Positions 10,313 through 24,953 are shown, numbered from the stretch's first letter. The stretch: DNA of 64,000 nucleotides from Cenococcum geophilum (GCA_050273025.1 CP158636.1:744001-808000); one strand, 5' to 3'. Notes: generated from the letters alone by a model not told the origin. Numbers and translations are program-made.

Positions 10313-13148
10313 TATTTTCTTAGCGGCGCCTATAGGTTAAGGATAAATAGGAAAGGTAGTTAAGTATTTACTTACGCCTACACTAGCGGGGGTAGTATAA
10401 ATATAGTAGATAGCTAAGTAGGGGGTGTAGATATTAGCTAAGTGGGGGGTGCAAATATAGTAAATAGCTAAGCGGGGGGTATAGATATAGTAAATAGCTA
10501 AGTAGGCGGTATGGATATTATAAATAGCTAAATAGGTAGCACGGATATAGTAGACGTTATAGTAGATAGTATAGGCCCGCCTAAAGGTAGATATATAGAC
10601 TCTATAGGCCTTATCTAGATACCTATCTTTCCTTACTAGATCTATATAGGTATAGGTATAAATAATACTAATAACCTTTTTATCTTACTAAGGCGTTCTA
10701 AAATTATATACACGTGTAATTAAACACCTTTAATCTCTAAGATTACGGCTTTATATTTTAGCTTAGCTACGGCCTTATAGGCGGGCTAGTATTTCCGTAT
10801 TATTAGCTTATTTAGTATAACTACGTTAGCTAGCGAGCTTTTTACCCGCGTAGTAAACCTCTAGTACTCCTTATAGCTAAAGAGGGAGTCCTTTTATAGG
10901 GGGTAAAGCGGGAACTACTTATATAGGATTACTAAGTCCTATAATAGGATTACCCTAAGCGCGTAAAGGAGGCGTAGAAATCTTAAGCCTATAAGGTTAA
11001 GCTATATAACCTTATTATTAGCCCTATCTAGGTAGTAGGTCTCTATACATTTTAGCCAAATATTAGTCTTAGGCCATATCTTTAAATAAAAGGCCTCCTT
11101 TAGCACCTCTTACGCATAAGGGAGAAAGTAGCCCTTTTCTTTCTTTAGAAAGCTAGCGATTGACTATATAAACGCACAAGGTAGGCAGCTAAGGTAGGCT
11201 CCTATTATCGCGTCTATATTCTAGCATCCGGCCCATTTAATTTAGGTCTCCTTAACGCCGCTAAGCTTAGTATACCGGATACTCTGCTTACGGGCGCTAT
11301 AGGTCTTCTCTTTTAAGTAAATCCCTACTCCTTAAAATATCTTCTTATTCTATTTAAACTGCATATAATAGCTTAACGGCTATTACGGTACTTTAATACT
11401 GCTAGGAAAAATATATAAGTTATAGTAGTCCTCTAGCTACTAAAAGGATAAAAAGCTCTTAGCACCATCCTTACCCTAACAGTTAAAGAAGTAGAAGGCT
11501 ATTATAGAGAGAGGGTAGAAGATAGGGTTAGCGTTCCGTATATAGCCTATATACTTAACCTTGCTATACTAGTTCTACTTCCCTTATATTATTAATATAA
11601 TTATATACAGCGCTAGCTTATCTAGCTTAGGCCCTTTATTCTCTAGTTTAATAAGGATAAGGTTAATAAGCTAAATATCCCATCTACTCTCGCCTTAGGT
11701 AATAGTAGTATAGCCTAAGGAACGGGTTAGAAAACGGTAGCTATACGGACCAAATAGGGTATATAGTAGTAGCAATATATAAACCTAATAAATACTCAGC
11801 TATAGTTTAAAGGTAAGACTTAACTAAACCTAGTATCTTAGAGCCCGTCTCCTAGCACTAAGTAATTACCCTTTTAAGTCCTTTAATATTATAGCCGCTA
11901 GTAATTATAAATAGGCCTTAGTTAATAAAGTTAATACATTAAATCCGGTCTTTATTACGGCAGATATTATCTAGTATTGCTAAGAGCTTTGCCCCCTATA
12001 GTAGCTATAAGGCCTTACCTTTTAATTACTATATATAAAGCTTAGTAATAGCAAAGATATAGCTATTTATAACTAAGTATTGGACTGTTTCGTTAAATAG
12101 GGCGTCTAGGGCCTCCTTATCCTATATCTCTTCCTTATCCTTTATAGCTTCCTCTGCGGCTATAGCTGCCCCTATAGCTACCTTCCCCCCTAGCTACCCT
12201 CCCGCCGTCTTTTACCTCTTCTTTACTTACTTACTATCTTTTTATATCTCTTTCTGTTTTAACTTCTGTTTTTAATAGCCAGCAGCCTATAATTCTTAGT
12301 TAATAACTTACTGCTTTAGAAATAGGTAAAGCTTATCTTCCGTTACCTAGGCGCCGTCTATATTGCCTTCTAGTTTCGCGCACTAGTCTTCCCACTCTTT
12401 CTACTTCGGCTTATACGCCCTTATAGTATTCTTTAAGCGCTAGGCCTTATAAATATCCTATAGCCGTACCGTCTAGACCTTAAATTCGCTCTAGAGGCTA
12501 TAGAGGGGGGAGGCTAGGGGGGCTTCCTTTGACTATAAAGTGGACTATAGGGTAAGAAGATTCTTAAAAGACTCTATATCTATAAGAGGTAAGGGGGAAG
12601 ACGCGTAAGCGTGGTATAGGTAAATAGAGCTACCAAACGCGTAAATATTAAAGAAGAAGGGAGAAGAGGGCTCTATATTATAGAATTAGAATTACAGTAG
12701 GCCTTTCTATATAAAATTAGAAGCCTCGCGTGAGCTAGGAGCTAGCGCGGGCACAAAGATAAAAAAGGGTTAGAAAATAGGATTATTAAGGCGATAATAA
12801 GGTTAAGGGCGCGCGCTAAAAACCTTTATACTAACCCTGTACTAACCTAGGTCTTAAAAACGCGTCTAAAAAGTAGGGGCCACCACTAAAGGGGGGGGGT
12901 AATATTTAGACGATATGTCGCGGACCTTAGGGGGTTGTGCGTAACCTAAGGTTATACCAAGCCTAACCTAGACCTCCGATACCTACCTATAACTTATAAG
13001 CAAGAAAGCACTATATACTAAGAGGTAAAATTTAGAATAGTGAGACTTATATTATAATGGCAATAGTAAGTAAAAAGGATTAATTTTTGTTCCGCTAGTT
13101 AAGTGGTATATATATATAGATAGCAACTATAAAAAAAAAAGTTATTAG

Positions 13149-13383
13149 TGTTGGGAATAAAGGCAAATAATCACTATATAAGGTATATTGCCGTTATATA
13201 TAGTAAGTTGCCATTATATGCGGCAAGTTGCCATTACGTGCCGCCGCGGCACTAGCGTGGTAAGGAACCTTAAGTTCCTTACCCCTTTCTTTAAGAAGAA
13301 TATAAAACAATTATTATACTATCTACAAACTGTAGCTACGTAATATTACTTTATATAACTAATACTTATAGTTATAAGCCTGG
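13149..13383 (+). repeat. E-related LTR-like sequence plus RIPed Copia-type PBS; start of the old element hosting Gypsy A1
   Basis: Starts TGTTGGGAATAA and shares GCCGCGGCACTAGCGTGG with 51-216. Followed by GTTATAAGCCTGG (de-RIPed GTTATGAGCCCGG) at 13371. Confidence 0.55.
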
Positions 13384-14311
13384 CCTGCCTACCGTACTAT
13401 ATTTAATCTATATATTTAGCGCTTACTAAGCAATTAATCTACTACCTCGTTTAAGAAGTTACTATTTCTTCTACCTTTATAAGTATTTTAAGCTTCTTCC
13501 GGGTACCGCTCTTATACTTATAATTACCTTTATTTACCAAATAGACGGATAATTAAACATTAATTATATTAAATATCGATTGAACTAAACCTAACTATAT
13601 AAACCTAACCGTACGAGCCTAACCTCCTTTAACCTAGATATATAACTATTTAACAGAGTCAATCTATTTACTACAGCGTAACGACCTTATATAGCGTCTA
13701 AGTAAGAGCCTAGCTAGCGTAATAGCCTAAGTATAGAGCTAGAGTAAGATACTAAAGTATAGAGCTAAAGTAAGATACTAGAGTATAAAGCCAGAGTATA
13801 GAGCTAAAGCGAGATGCTAGAGTATAGAGCTAAAGTAGAAGCTAGCTTAGATATACTAATAGTAAAAGATAAGGATATTAGGTAGATATAAGGAAGGTAC
13901 TAGATTAATAGCAGCTAATAGAAAACCGTCGCTAAAACTAGATAACTGTTTAAATAACTAGCTAGCGAATACTAAAGCCTTAATATAGGCCTATTACTAA
14001 ATTAAATTAAGGCCTCCTAGGGAGGCACTAATACTATAATTAGTTATAGCTATTACGCTATAAACGCCTTCCGCTATAACTAGTCGCAGCTGTTACGCTA
14101 TAGACGCCCTATTAAAAACTAGTCTACCACAGATAACTAGTCGCAGCTATTACGCTATAAACGCCCTTCTAAAACGCTAGCCTATATTAGCACTAGCCTT
14201 ATTAGCACTAGTTATAACAACTATAATATTACTAAATTTAACGTCCTAACGTCACTAGAGTTACTAAGTAACTACTTCTAAATTTACCTTAATTATAGCT
14301 TATATAGCTAT

Positions 14312-14736
14312 TATTACGGACGCTTTAAGTACAATATTATAACTACTTAGAGAGGAGTCGGAAGAAGCTAGTTAGTTAATTTAGGCACGGTCTAAGATAG
14401 ATCCGGTAGAACTATATAACAAGAAATAGTAGCTAAGGTTATATAATATGCTACGTATTAAATAAGAGGAATAAGAGAAACTTACGTACCTTATATATAA
14501 GACGTATATTACGTATAAGAAGGATTTTATAGAAGTACGGTTATATATTTAAGGACCCTTAATCCCTACCTAGATAGTTCCTTCCTTATAGTAATTCTCA
14601 GAATATAATTAGAGTTAATCTATTAGGCAACTACTCCACCAGTTATTATTATGTTGTTAACTATTGTCTTTACATTTCCTATACACCTAGCCTATTAACG
14701 AGCCTATTGTAGTTCCTACTACAAGGTTCCGTTACA
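14312..14736 (+). repeat. 5' LTR of Gypsy A1
   Basis: Direct repeat of 44804-45228. Confidence 0.93.
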
Positions 14737-14782
14737 TAATTACTACTATAGTTATAATATTAAACATAGTAAGTTAAACAAC

Positions 14783-17638
14783 ATGCCACCAAAAGCAGCC
14801 ACTATAACGCTATTAACGGCGGCAACTACTTCAAGGTTAGGTAATAACACTAGTATAGCAAATACTAACTTACAGCAACCTATAACGGTCGGATAACTAT
14901 AAGAGATAGTCAACTAGTTAATAAAAAATAATACAACGTTAGAAAATAGGATTAACGGGATAGGCGTAGCAAAGGTTAAGTTACTATTAATTAAAAGATT
15001 CTTAGGAGAAAAGTTAAAGCTTAAAGGATTCCTTATATAAATATACTTTAAGGTTACGCAAGAGGGAGCAAAGCTAGTAACACCTATAGATTAAATAGCA
15101 TATGCAGGATTATTCTTAACAGAAAGAGCACTTAAATAGTTTAAGCCTTACCTTACGGAAATCCAGGCAAATAGAATAACGACTATAAACCAAGAGGTAC
15201 GGTTTATATTCTTAAGCTAAAATAGATTTATAGAGCGACTTACACAAATATTCGGAGACTTAGAGGCAGTAACTATAGCGGAAAGAAAACTCCAAGACAT
15301 TATATAACAAACCTTAGCAATTAAATACATAATATAGTTCTAGACATTAGCGATATAAATAGAGTGGAATAATAGGGCGCTTATAGCACAGTATAAACAG
15401 GGACTTAAGGCTAAAGTCTAGGACGCGATTATCCTAATAGAAGTTGCGGATACCCTAAGGGAACTAATAGATTAAGCGATTAAGATTAACAATTAGATCT
15501 ACTAAAGGGAACAGGCTAAGAGAGGTTAGGATAAAGTTCTATAGTTATATAAGACGCAGAGTACATAATAACTAAAGCTAAGTTAAAAATTATAGTATGG
15601 CGCAGAGCTAATGGACCTAAGTAGTACTAAAGAAGCCTATAAGAGATAGAGTAAGAAACTATAGAAACCTAAAGGTTAAGGATCTAGTAATTATAGGACT
15701 AAAGAGTAAAGGCTAAACCAGAGATCTTAGTAGTAGAAGACGTTTAGGCGGACTTTATAGCAAAGTTAATAGTTTAAAAATAGAGCTTATATAAATTGCG
15801 GAAAATAAGGTTACTTCGCGAGGGATTATAAAGATAGTTAAAGATACTATATAATAAAGGGAACTAAACTAACAGTAGACGATATATACATATAAAGGGA
15901 TAATAGTATACTGCAAGGAACAAAGGAATGTTTAATTAAAAGTTTCGCGTTTTATTATAATAATATATACCAAATTTATAAAGACGCTAAGTATAGCGTA
16001 AGCTATTAGCTATAAGAGCTAGCATCTATAGGATGTAGAGGAACTAATAAACTAGTTTATAGATCGGATATTAAGGATAATAACTTCGATATAGGCGAAA
16101 TATTTCGTAACGATAAGGTAATAAGAGCGGTTTACTAGAAACACGCAGCCATTAGAGATATTATACTAGAGGTAGAGGATAATTCCACTATAGAATAAAG
16201 AACATTAGTAGGGATTAAGACCCCACTAGATACGATATCTATTGCTTTATAAGATATAAGAGAAGTAGAACAGCGAACTACTTTAGCACTTAATAAAGGC
16301 AAAAGGCCAAAGGCTTAAGATTCTTAAGATAAGATAAAAGACGACCAAGATTCTTAAGATAAGATAAGGTAAGCTTAAGGACCTATAATAGACGATAACC
16401 GATAGAGTAGAGTAACGGCTTAGTTTAATAATATACGAATAAGCTTAAGACGAAGTTTCCTAAAGATATAAGACTCTTAAGACGAGATAAGAATACTAAG
16501 TAAGCCTAGTTAGACTAAGGCTGGAGCTAAGCTTAAGTTAGAAGCAAGCTTAGGATTAGAGAATCTATAATATAAACAGTAGTTAGACTAGGAGACAGAT
16601 ATATAGACCTAGAGGACTTACTAAAAGAACATAGTGTTTAGCCTAAAGATTAAAAAGTCAATACCAAGATTAAGAAGTAGGAGGACTTTAAGGATCCACT
16701 TATAAGACGCGAAAAGAAAAAAACCGTAGAGGAATTTAGAGCGCAAATTACCTTATAGTAAGAATAGAAACTAGATAAAAGATCTAGTACATTGGGATGT
16801 ATAAAGGACAGAGCACCTGTATAAAAAATTACTAATAGGCTTAGAGTAGGCATATTAAGAGCCAAGTGGCTTACTAAACTAGAAGAAGAAGAGGATCTAG
16901 GGATTTTAACTAGGTTCAAAGAACGATATATAAAGGGCTATTACGACGCAGTAATAAAAAGATACTTCCTTATAGATAAGCCGTATACACTCTAATAGCT
17001 GTACTAAAAGTGGTATAGGCAGAGGTATAACAATAAGTGGGAAGATTTCTATATATGGTTAGATAAGAAAGTTATCCAAAACCACCCAATTATAGAAAAG
17101 GCTATAACTTATATTAAAGGAGCCTTAATTATAACGTTAAAGGATCTAGAGAAATAATTAGAGGACTAGAGAAGTAAGAAGCGTATCTTAGTACCTATAA
17201 ATAAAGTTATAACGTTTAGATTAGCATAATAAAGGTTTAAACTTAAGGATAAAGATAAGCTAAGAGTTAACCTAAAGCACCTAGTACACTATACGCTATT
17301 ATAGATTGCATGCGTAGACGATATATATAATATGCATAAGAATCCAAAGGAAAAGAATTGGAAATACCCTATAAGGATATACTAGATAACGGATAAGTAA
17401 TAATATAGGAATGCTAAATATATATATAGATGGCATCTAGTAAAAGTCTAAGAGTTAGAAAACTTAATACTTTAGCCAAAAAGATTCCTTACGGAAGAAT
17501 GCCTAGATAGATAATAGTAGTGGAAATGCCTAGAGAATACGTGTTTATAGTATATTAAAGATAAAAAGTAAATAAGGCATTGGCTAAAGAATAAGCTAAG
17601 TGTAATAGGATTAAGTAGCTAATAGTTGGGAAAAGTAG
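14783..17638 (+). pseudogene. Extended gag of Gypsy A1
   Basis: ATG MPPKAA, capsid-like KLKGFL, CCHC knuckle near 15790 (CxxCGKxGHFARDC de-RIPed), further Cys/His modules. Ends GGGAAAAGTAG. Confidence 0.8.
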
Positions 17639-17679
17639 AGGCCTATAGAACTAGAGGAAGCCAGTAGTAGAGCCTTAGA

Positions 17680-18100
17680 TGTTATAAACGCTTTAAGTAC
17701 AATATTATAACTACTTGGAGAAGAGTTAGAAGAAGCTAGTTGGTTAATATAGGTATAGTCTAGGATGGAACCTATAAAACTATGTAATGAGGAATAGTAA
17801 CCGAGGTTATATAAGGTGCTACGTAAGGAATAAGAGGAATAGGAGGAACTTACGTACCTTATATATACTGCGTACTTTACGTATAAAAAGGATGTTATAG
17901 GAGTATAGTTATGTATTTAAGGACCCTTAGTCCCTACCTAGATAGTTCCTTCCTTGTAGTAATTCTTAGAATATAATTAGAGTTAATCTGTTAGGTAACC
18001 ACTCTACTAGTTATTATTATATTATTGACTTACTTGCAATACCTATATACCTAGCCTATTAATAAGTCTACTGTAGTTCCTGCTATAAGGCTCCGTTATA
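17680..18100 (+). repeat. 5' LTR of Gypsy A2
   Basis: Direct repeat of 31103-31523. Confidence 0.93.
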
Positions 18101-19695
18101 TAATTACTACCATAGTTACGGTTTTAATAAGTTAAATAATATGCCACTAAAAGCAGCCACTATAACGCCATTAACGGCGGCAACTACGTTAAGATTAGGT
18201 AACGACACTAGTATAGTAGACACTGATTTACAATAACCTATAACGGTAGGATAGTTATAAGCGATAGTTAACTAGTTAATAGGAGATAACGTAGTACTTA
18301 AAAATAGGATTAATGGAATAGGAGCAGTAAAGGTTAAGTTACTATTAATTAAAAGATTCTTAGGGGAAAGATTAAAGCTTAAAGGATTCCTTAGATAAAT
18401 ATATTTTAAGGTTGCGCAAGAAGAAATAAAGCTAGTAATAACTATAGATTAAGTAGCGTATATAGAATTGTTCTTATTAAGAAGAGTACTTAAATAGTTT
18501 AAGCCTTACCTTATAGAGATATAAGTAAACGGAATAATAATAATAAACTAAGAGGTACGGTTTATATTCTTAAGTTAGGGAGGGTTCGCGGAACGACTTA
18601 TATAAATATTTAGAGACCTAGAGGCAACGACTATAGCGGAAAGGAAACTCTAAGACATTACGTAATAAACCTTAGCGATTAAGTATATAATGTAGTTCCA
18701 AACGCTAGCAATATAAGTTAAGTGGAATAATAAGGCGCTTATAGTATAGTATAAATAGGGACTTAAGGCTAAAGTCTAGGACGCGATTATCCTAATAGAA
18801 GATGCGGATACTTTAAGGGAATTAATAAATTAAGTAATAAAGATTAATAATAGGATCTACTAAAGGGAATAGGCTAAGAAGGGCTAGGATAGAGTTCTAT
18901 AGTTATATAAGATGTAGAGTACGTAATAACCTAAGCTAAATTAGAAAATATAGTATGGCGCAGAGCTAATAGACCTAAGTAGTACTAAAGAAACCTATAA
19001 GAGATAGAGTAAGAAACTATAGAAACCTAAAGGTTAAGGATTAAGTAATTATAGGACTAAGGAGCATAGGCTAAACCAAGGATCTTAGTAACAGAAGATG
19101 TTTAAGCGGACTCTATAATAAAAGTAATGGTTTAAAAAAGGAGCTTATATAAATTACGGAAAATAGGGTTATTTTACTAAAGACTATAGAAGTGGTTAGA
19201 GTTATTACGCAGTAAAAAGAACTAGACTAGTAGTATATAATATAAATGTATAAAGGGATAATAGTATACTATAAGGAATAAAAGAATGTTTAATTAGAAG
19301 TTTTATGTTTTGTTATAACAACGTATACTAAATTTATAAAGACGCTAAGTATAGTATAAGCTATTAGCTATAAGAGCTAGAGTTAAGAGGACTTAAAGGA
19401 ACTAAAGAGTTAGATAAAGAATAAGATTAACTGTCAGATAATCTGTATTCTCTGGAGGCGTAGACCGTGCACGAGTCACGTGTACGAGTCACGTGCAGTG
19501 TAAACCTCTTTATCTAAGCCTGAGGGCCCTAGGTCCAAAATCAATTAAGACATCTATAAGATTATTAATTAATCAACCCATTTCATTAATGAACAGCTTA
19601 ATACGAGTTACGTGACAGTTATGAGCCCGGTCCGCCGACTTAAGAAGCTATTTAGCTATTACTTATCATTTAAAGAAATTCTACCTTATCCTCAT

Positions 19696-20000
19696 AGGAC
19701 GATCCTGACACGAATATCGGTTACAGGACGACCCTGACACGAATATCGGTTAAAGGACGATCCTGACACGAGCATCCTTATCGTCAAAGGACGATCCTGA
19801 CGACAGGACGATCCTGACGACAGGACGATCCTAACGACAAAATTCTACCTCATCGTCAAGGACGCAGACCCTAACAGAAATCCTACCTTAATTGTCACAG
19901 GACGAGATTCCACGAGATTCCACGAGATTCCACCTTAATTGTTATAGGACGATCCTGACGACCAGGACGATCCTGACGACAAGGATGATCCTGACGACAA
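19696..20000 (+). repeat. Short repeats in the Copia B leader
   Basis: About 10 copies of AGGACGATCCTGAC(GAC), plus CACGAGATTC repeats. Confidence 0.85.
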
Positions 20001-20036
20001 AATACCATCTTAATCCCTCCTTTGCCTATCAGTCAA

Positions 20037-23000
20037 ATGACTCCACCGTCAAGTTCGTCGACTACAATCATCCTCAATAAGCCAGAAGACTGGGAATAAT
20101 GGCTATAGCAGCTCCGAGCCCTCGTAGATCAGCGAATTTGGGCCCACGTTAACCCAGACAAAGCAGCACCTCAACGAGGTCTACTACAAGAACCAGCCTA
20201 TCTAGAAGTTACAGATTTCAATGAGAATGCAACCTCATATGCGCAGCTCTCGACGAATCAACAGAGGGCGTACGAGAACAGTAGACGATACTACGACTAG
20301 GACATGAAGTATTTCCTAAAGCAAGAGGAGCACCTTTAAAAGATCCGCACCCAAATTACGTCTACAGTATCAATTCAGAAGAAGCTACTGCTTGACCCTT
20401 CCTTAACAGTTAAAGAATGGCTATCTTGACTGAAGGAGAACACCAAACCTACCTCGTCGTTTATTAGGAAGAAGGTACAATACCAATACACAGAAGCCCT
20501 TAAGGGGTTCAAACAGTTGTTAAAATTAAACCTATAGCTAGATCAATGGGAATATATAATAGTACTAGGAGAGAAGTACAAGATCCCTTAAATATTAGAA
20601 GGAATCTGGCTTCAAGATTTGGCAGACGTTATTTAACCTTTTAGCGACGCCTACTATATAAAGTACACTACCGAGTCAAATGACCCTTAAAAGTCAAGAT
20701 CTTCCAAATACCGCAGAGTAGCAAAGGAGCTGCAAGAAGGACTTATAAGACCCTTAAAGAAAGCTAATGCTACTACAAGGGGGAGTACCTTTAATGCAGA
20801 CTTCGCAGAGCAAGCCATTAAGGATTACTCTGATACTACTAAAGGTTTATAAAGAGGAGCCTTAGCACGCAATAGACACTTAAAGAGAGCCGGGATACTA
20901 GTGGATGAGGAGACGTCCTACAAGAAGCCAACGCCTGAGTGCTTAGCGTGCGGAATACGAGGACACTCCCTTAAGGACTGTTGGTGTTTATTTAAAGATA
21001 AGAGACCTACAGGAGTTACGATAGGAGATGCTCGCATTAAAAAGGCACTAAAGAAGGTAGAAAAGAATAAGGACCTTACTGACCAAGTTACAAAGATCAG
21101 ACTTAAAGAACAAGAAGACAAGGCTTAACAACAACAGGACGAGAGCCAGGAAGTTAAGATTAAGGGAGAAGCTAATGCAATATTCTTAGAATCGTATTAC
21201 ACCGGTTAACTCCATCCATTAAAGCTATTAACTATTCTTGACTTAGGAACCACTCTCCACATCTTTAATAACCTCTCTTGTTTTTATAATTTTAAGAAAG
21301 CTCTAAGACACAAATACGTCATCGCCGGCAGCTCACAAGTGCCTATACTAGGCTATAGCGACGTCACTGTCTAAATCACAAAACCAGACAAGAGCAAAGG
21401 AATCCTACGTCTTAAGGACGTTGCCTTTTATACGGACTTTAATACGAATCTAGTGTCGTTCCGTCTACTTTGAAAACAAGAATACTACTAGGACAATAAA
21501 GGAGACAACAATCTTCTCGTTTAAAAGGATAACACAATCCTATATCAAATGGAAGAACGTCACGGATAACAGACTATCGAATACGTCTAATTAGGAAACT
21601 TAAAATCCGCATTCAATATCAGCCGTCTAACGCGCCGTCGACGGAAGCGGATATCGTCAAGAGACGCACGTCTAGACTCAAAAGGAGATATACGTCTATA
21701 GTATCTGCGTCTAGGTCATCCAGGACTTATGAGCCTTTATTATCTAGGTCTTAACGCCCTAGGAGTTAAGCTTCAAGGCCCAAAGACAACGGAATGTTAA
21801 TACTACAGTCTCGCCAAAATCAAGCGTTAGGTCTCACGAAGGTTCTTAAAACGGAAAATTAATAAACCCTATCTTAACCTCCATATTGACTGGACTAACC
21901 TTAAGGAAGCGCATACTGGATTCGTACGAGTTATATTTATCCACAATACCTTCTTAGGAAGAACCTTCTCGTATTTTATAACGACGCATAGTAAGGAGAA
22001 GGAGACACTACAAGTGCTTAAAGATTTCACACAATGGATTCGTCTAAGGTATAACCTTAAAGTTAACACCATTAGATCAGACAACGAGCTAGGGAGAAGG
22101 AGAACCCTTAAATGGCTACGGACGCAAGGGATTATATTTAAGCCTTCGGCGCCATATACGCAAGTACAGAACGGTACCGCCGAACGCTCAGGGGGTGTTA
22201 TTATTGAGAAAGGACGTGCTATGAGAATTGCTGCCAATCTACCACATAATCTATGGAATGAGATAGTTAACTGTGTAGTATACCTTCGAGATTAAACGCC
22301 ATGAGAAAGCAATAGATGGAAATCGCTATATAAGAGGTTCCATACCTACCTAGCGAATAGGAGATTAAGAAAACCGCAACTGGCGCACCTAAAAGCCTAC
22401 AGCTGTAGAGCGTACGCGATAACGTCGGACGCCTAGCTAAAGAAGAAAAGGCTAAGCAAGCTAGATCCGCGAGCTCATATCGGCTACCTCGTTGGCTATA
22501 ACTCTACCAATATCTACAGGATCTGGATCCTATATAAGGGTATCGTTATCTCTACAAGGGATGTCATCTTTAATAAAAAGACGTTCTTCGACGGCAAGCG
22601 AACGGATATCTTAGAGGACCTACACGCCGAATTAGATATACTAATTAAGAAGATTTAACTACCTAATACCCAGACCAAGAACGAGGTCCTTCTAGAAGAC
22701 AATAAAGAAGTACTTAAACCGTCAATTTAAGAGGAAGATAACGACGTCAATAAGCCAGTTTAAGCCTTTAATAAGTTAGCAGATCTTAAGCTTGCAAGAG
22801 CCCTTAAAGATACATACTATACACCACCTCTAATAGAAGAAGACGAAGAATCTCCATATGCCTTTCACGTTAAGTATCCTACGAAGTTAGATGTATAAGG
22901 TACTGATTAAGACGTCGCTTATTAAGCAGGAGATGCGTTTAACACTTAGGGGGTGCCCAATAACTCAGTTAAAGACTCGTTTAAGGAAGCCAGCGATAAT

Positions 23001-24953
23001 AGGTTTAAAGACTTTATTACCAAAAGGATTACATTAGCCTATTACGGCGCCTTCTTAGTAGGAAGGAAGTTTAACCTTAATAGTCAACTTAACGATAGTA
23101 AGCTGAAATTAGGTAGAACACGCGATATTAGATTACATAGGAAGAACCTACCTCCGCCACCCCAGTCAATCCGGGACCTTAATACGTATCCTCTTTAAGA
23201 TTAGTTCTAAGAGGCTTAACGAGCCTATCTCCAATCTCATTATCAAATAAGGTCGTTTTAAGAAACAGATAAGAAGCACGTAAAGGGATAGCAGGTCCTC
23301 AGCTTAATGTAGGTGTTTATCTACAAGACAGATAAGTATAGATTTCTCCAGAAATGCAAGGCACGCTTAGTAGTCTGCGGAAATTAACAGGCCCCAGGAG
23401 ACCTACCTACGAGAGCTACTACATTAGCTAGTACGACCTTCCGAACCCTTATGGCGATCACTACAAAATTCAACCTAGAGACGACACAGATAGATGCAGT
23501 TAATGCGTTTGTCCATTGCGATCTTAACGAGGTCGTCTATATAAAGCTACCGCTAGGGTTTAATAAAGGAAAGACAGACAAAGTACTGCGCTTAAGAAAA
23601 GCCCTATACGGACTACAATAATCACCACTGCTATAGCAGAAGAATCTCACGAGCTTATTAAACGAATTGGGTTTTAAAGAAGTACCCTAGGAGCCGTGTG
23701 TTATACTAAAAGGTAGAATAGTCGTCTTCTTCTACATTAACGATATTATCTTCTGCTACCGAAAGATAGATAAGAAGAAAGCTTAAGAAGCAATTAAGAA
23801 GCTAAGCAAGGAATACCAGATAAGTACCCTTAGCGAGCTAAAATGGTTCCTAGGAATTTATATACTACGCAATCATAGCTAGAGGCTCCTGTGGCTATCC
23901 CAGGAAGCCTATATAGAGAAGATAGCTAATTAGTATAAGATAGATCTTAGAGGGCGTCTTCCAGATACTCCTATGGCAGAATCGGAACTCCTCCCTACTG
24001 ATTACCGTATAATCCGTCTGACGCCTCCGTCCCCCAATACAGACCTATTAGTCCGTCCTATATCCCTACCAGCCTCTACAATACTATATCAGAGAAAATT
24101 GGGTTCAGTACTCTATGCAGCTACTACAACACGTCCAGATATTGCCTTCGCAGTATTACGGCTGGCAAGATTTAATCAGAACCTAAGCTAAGAGCATTAT
24201 TAAGCGGCAGAAAGAGTCATCCAGTACCTGTATAGCACGAGAAGCAGAGTAATCTGCTATGGAGGAGATGAGGAAGGAATAAACAGTAGAGGGAAAGATA
24301 AAGGAATACGCGACAAAGGACAAGACGACGGAAGAGACGGTGCGCAATCATTTATCTATACTAGCGACGCATTATTCACGGACAACTCCGTTAACAGAAA
24401 GAGCTTATAAGGATACATTATAAAGCTATTTAGGGGGCCGATCGCCTAGAGAGCAAATAAGTAGGGTATAGTTACGACGTTAAGCACAGAAGCTAAGTTG
24501 TTAGCCCTATCACAGACAGTAAAGGAAGCTATCTTTATTAGCAGGCTGTTTAAAGCAATAACGCTATACCTAAACGAGCCCTTAATTATTAAATGCGATA
24601 ACACCTAGACGCTCTAACTAATTACAGAAGACACGGCAAAGCTAATCACGAAGCTCCGATACGTTAACATCTATTAACACTGGCTACGTTAGGAATACGC
24701 AATGAGACGAGTACGATTTTAATAGATAGCGACAAAGGAAATGATCGCTAATAGACTTACGAAGGCCCTGCCTAAGCAGAGGTTTTAAAGCTTTGTTAAT
24801 ATGATCGGAATAGTGGATATTAAAGAGCGGCTAAATAAGGAGAAGTAACTAGACAACCTTAGGGACAGTATCAGAGCAAGACGGAAGGATTTAGATAAGA
24901 TTACGGTTTAATTAACGCATTAACGAGCACAAGAAGGGTCACTAAGGCGCTAG
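20037..24953 (+). pseudogene. Copia B gag-pol, many stops
   Basis: MTPPSSSSTTIILNKPEDW, CLACGIRGHSLKDC, IRSDNELG, QNGTAERSGG, CKARLVVCG, TTRPDIAFAV and RNase H remnants. Confidence 0.92.

Larger units (their letters stand above)
3939..12985 (-). mobile_element. Crypton copy 2, head-to-tail with copy 1, interrupted by Copia A
   Basis: 3939-4769 plus 10313-12985 align colinearly with copy 1. About 3.5 kb remains once the insert and TSD are removed. Confidence 0.9.

Noticed and set aside
21126..21128. gag/pol readthrough stop in Copia B
   Set aside because: The TAA sits in a CAA run, a typical RIP product, and lacks the CARYYA context.
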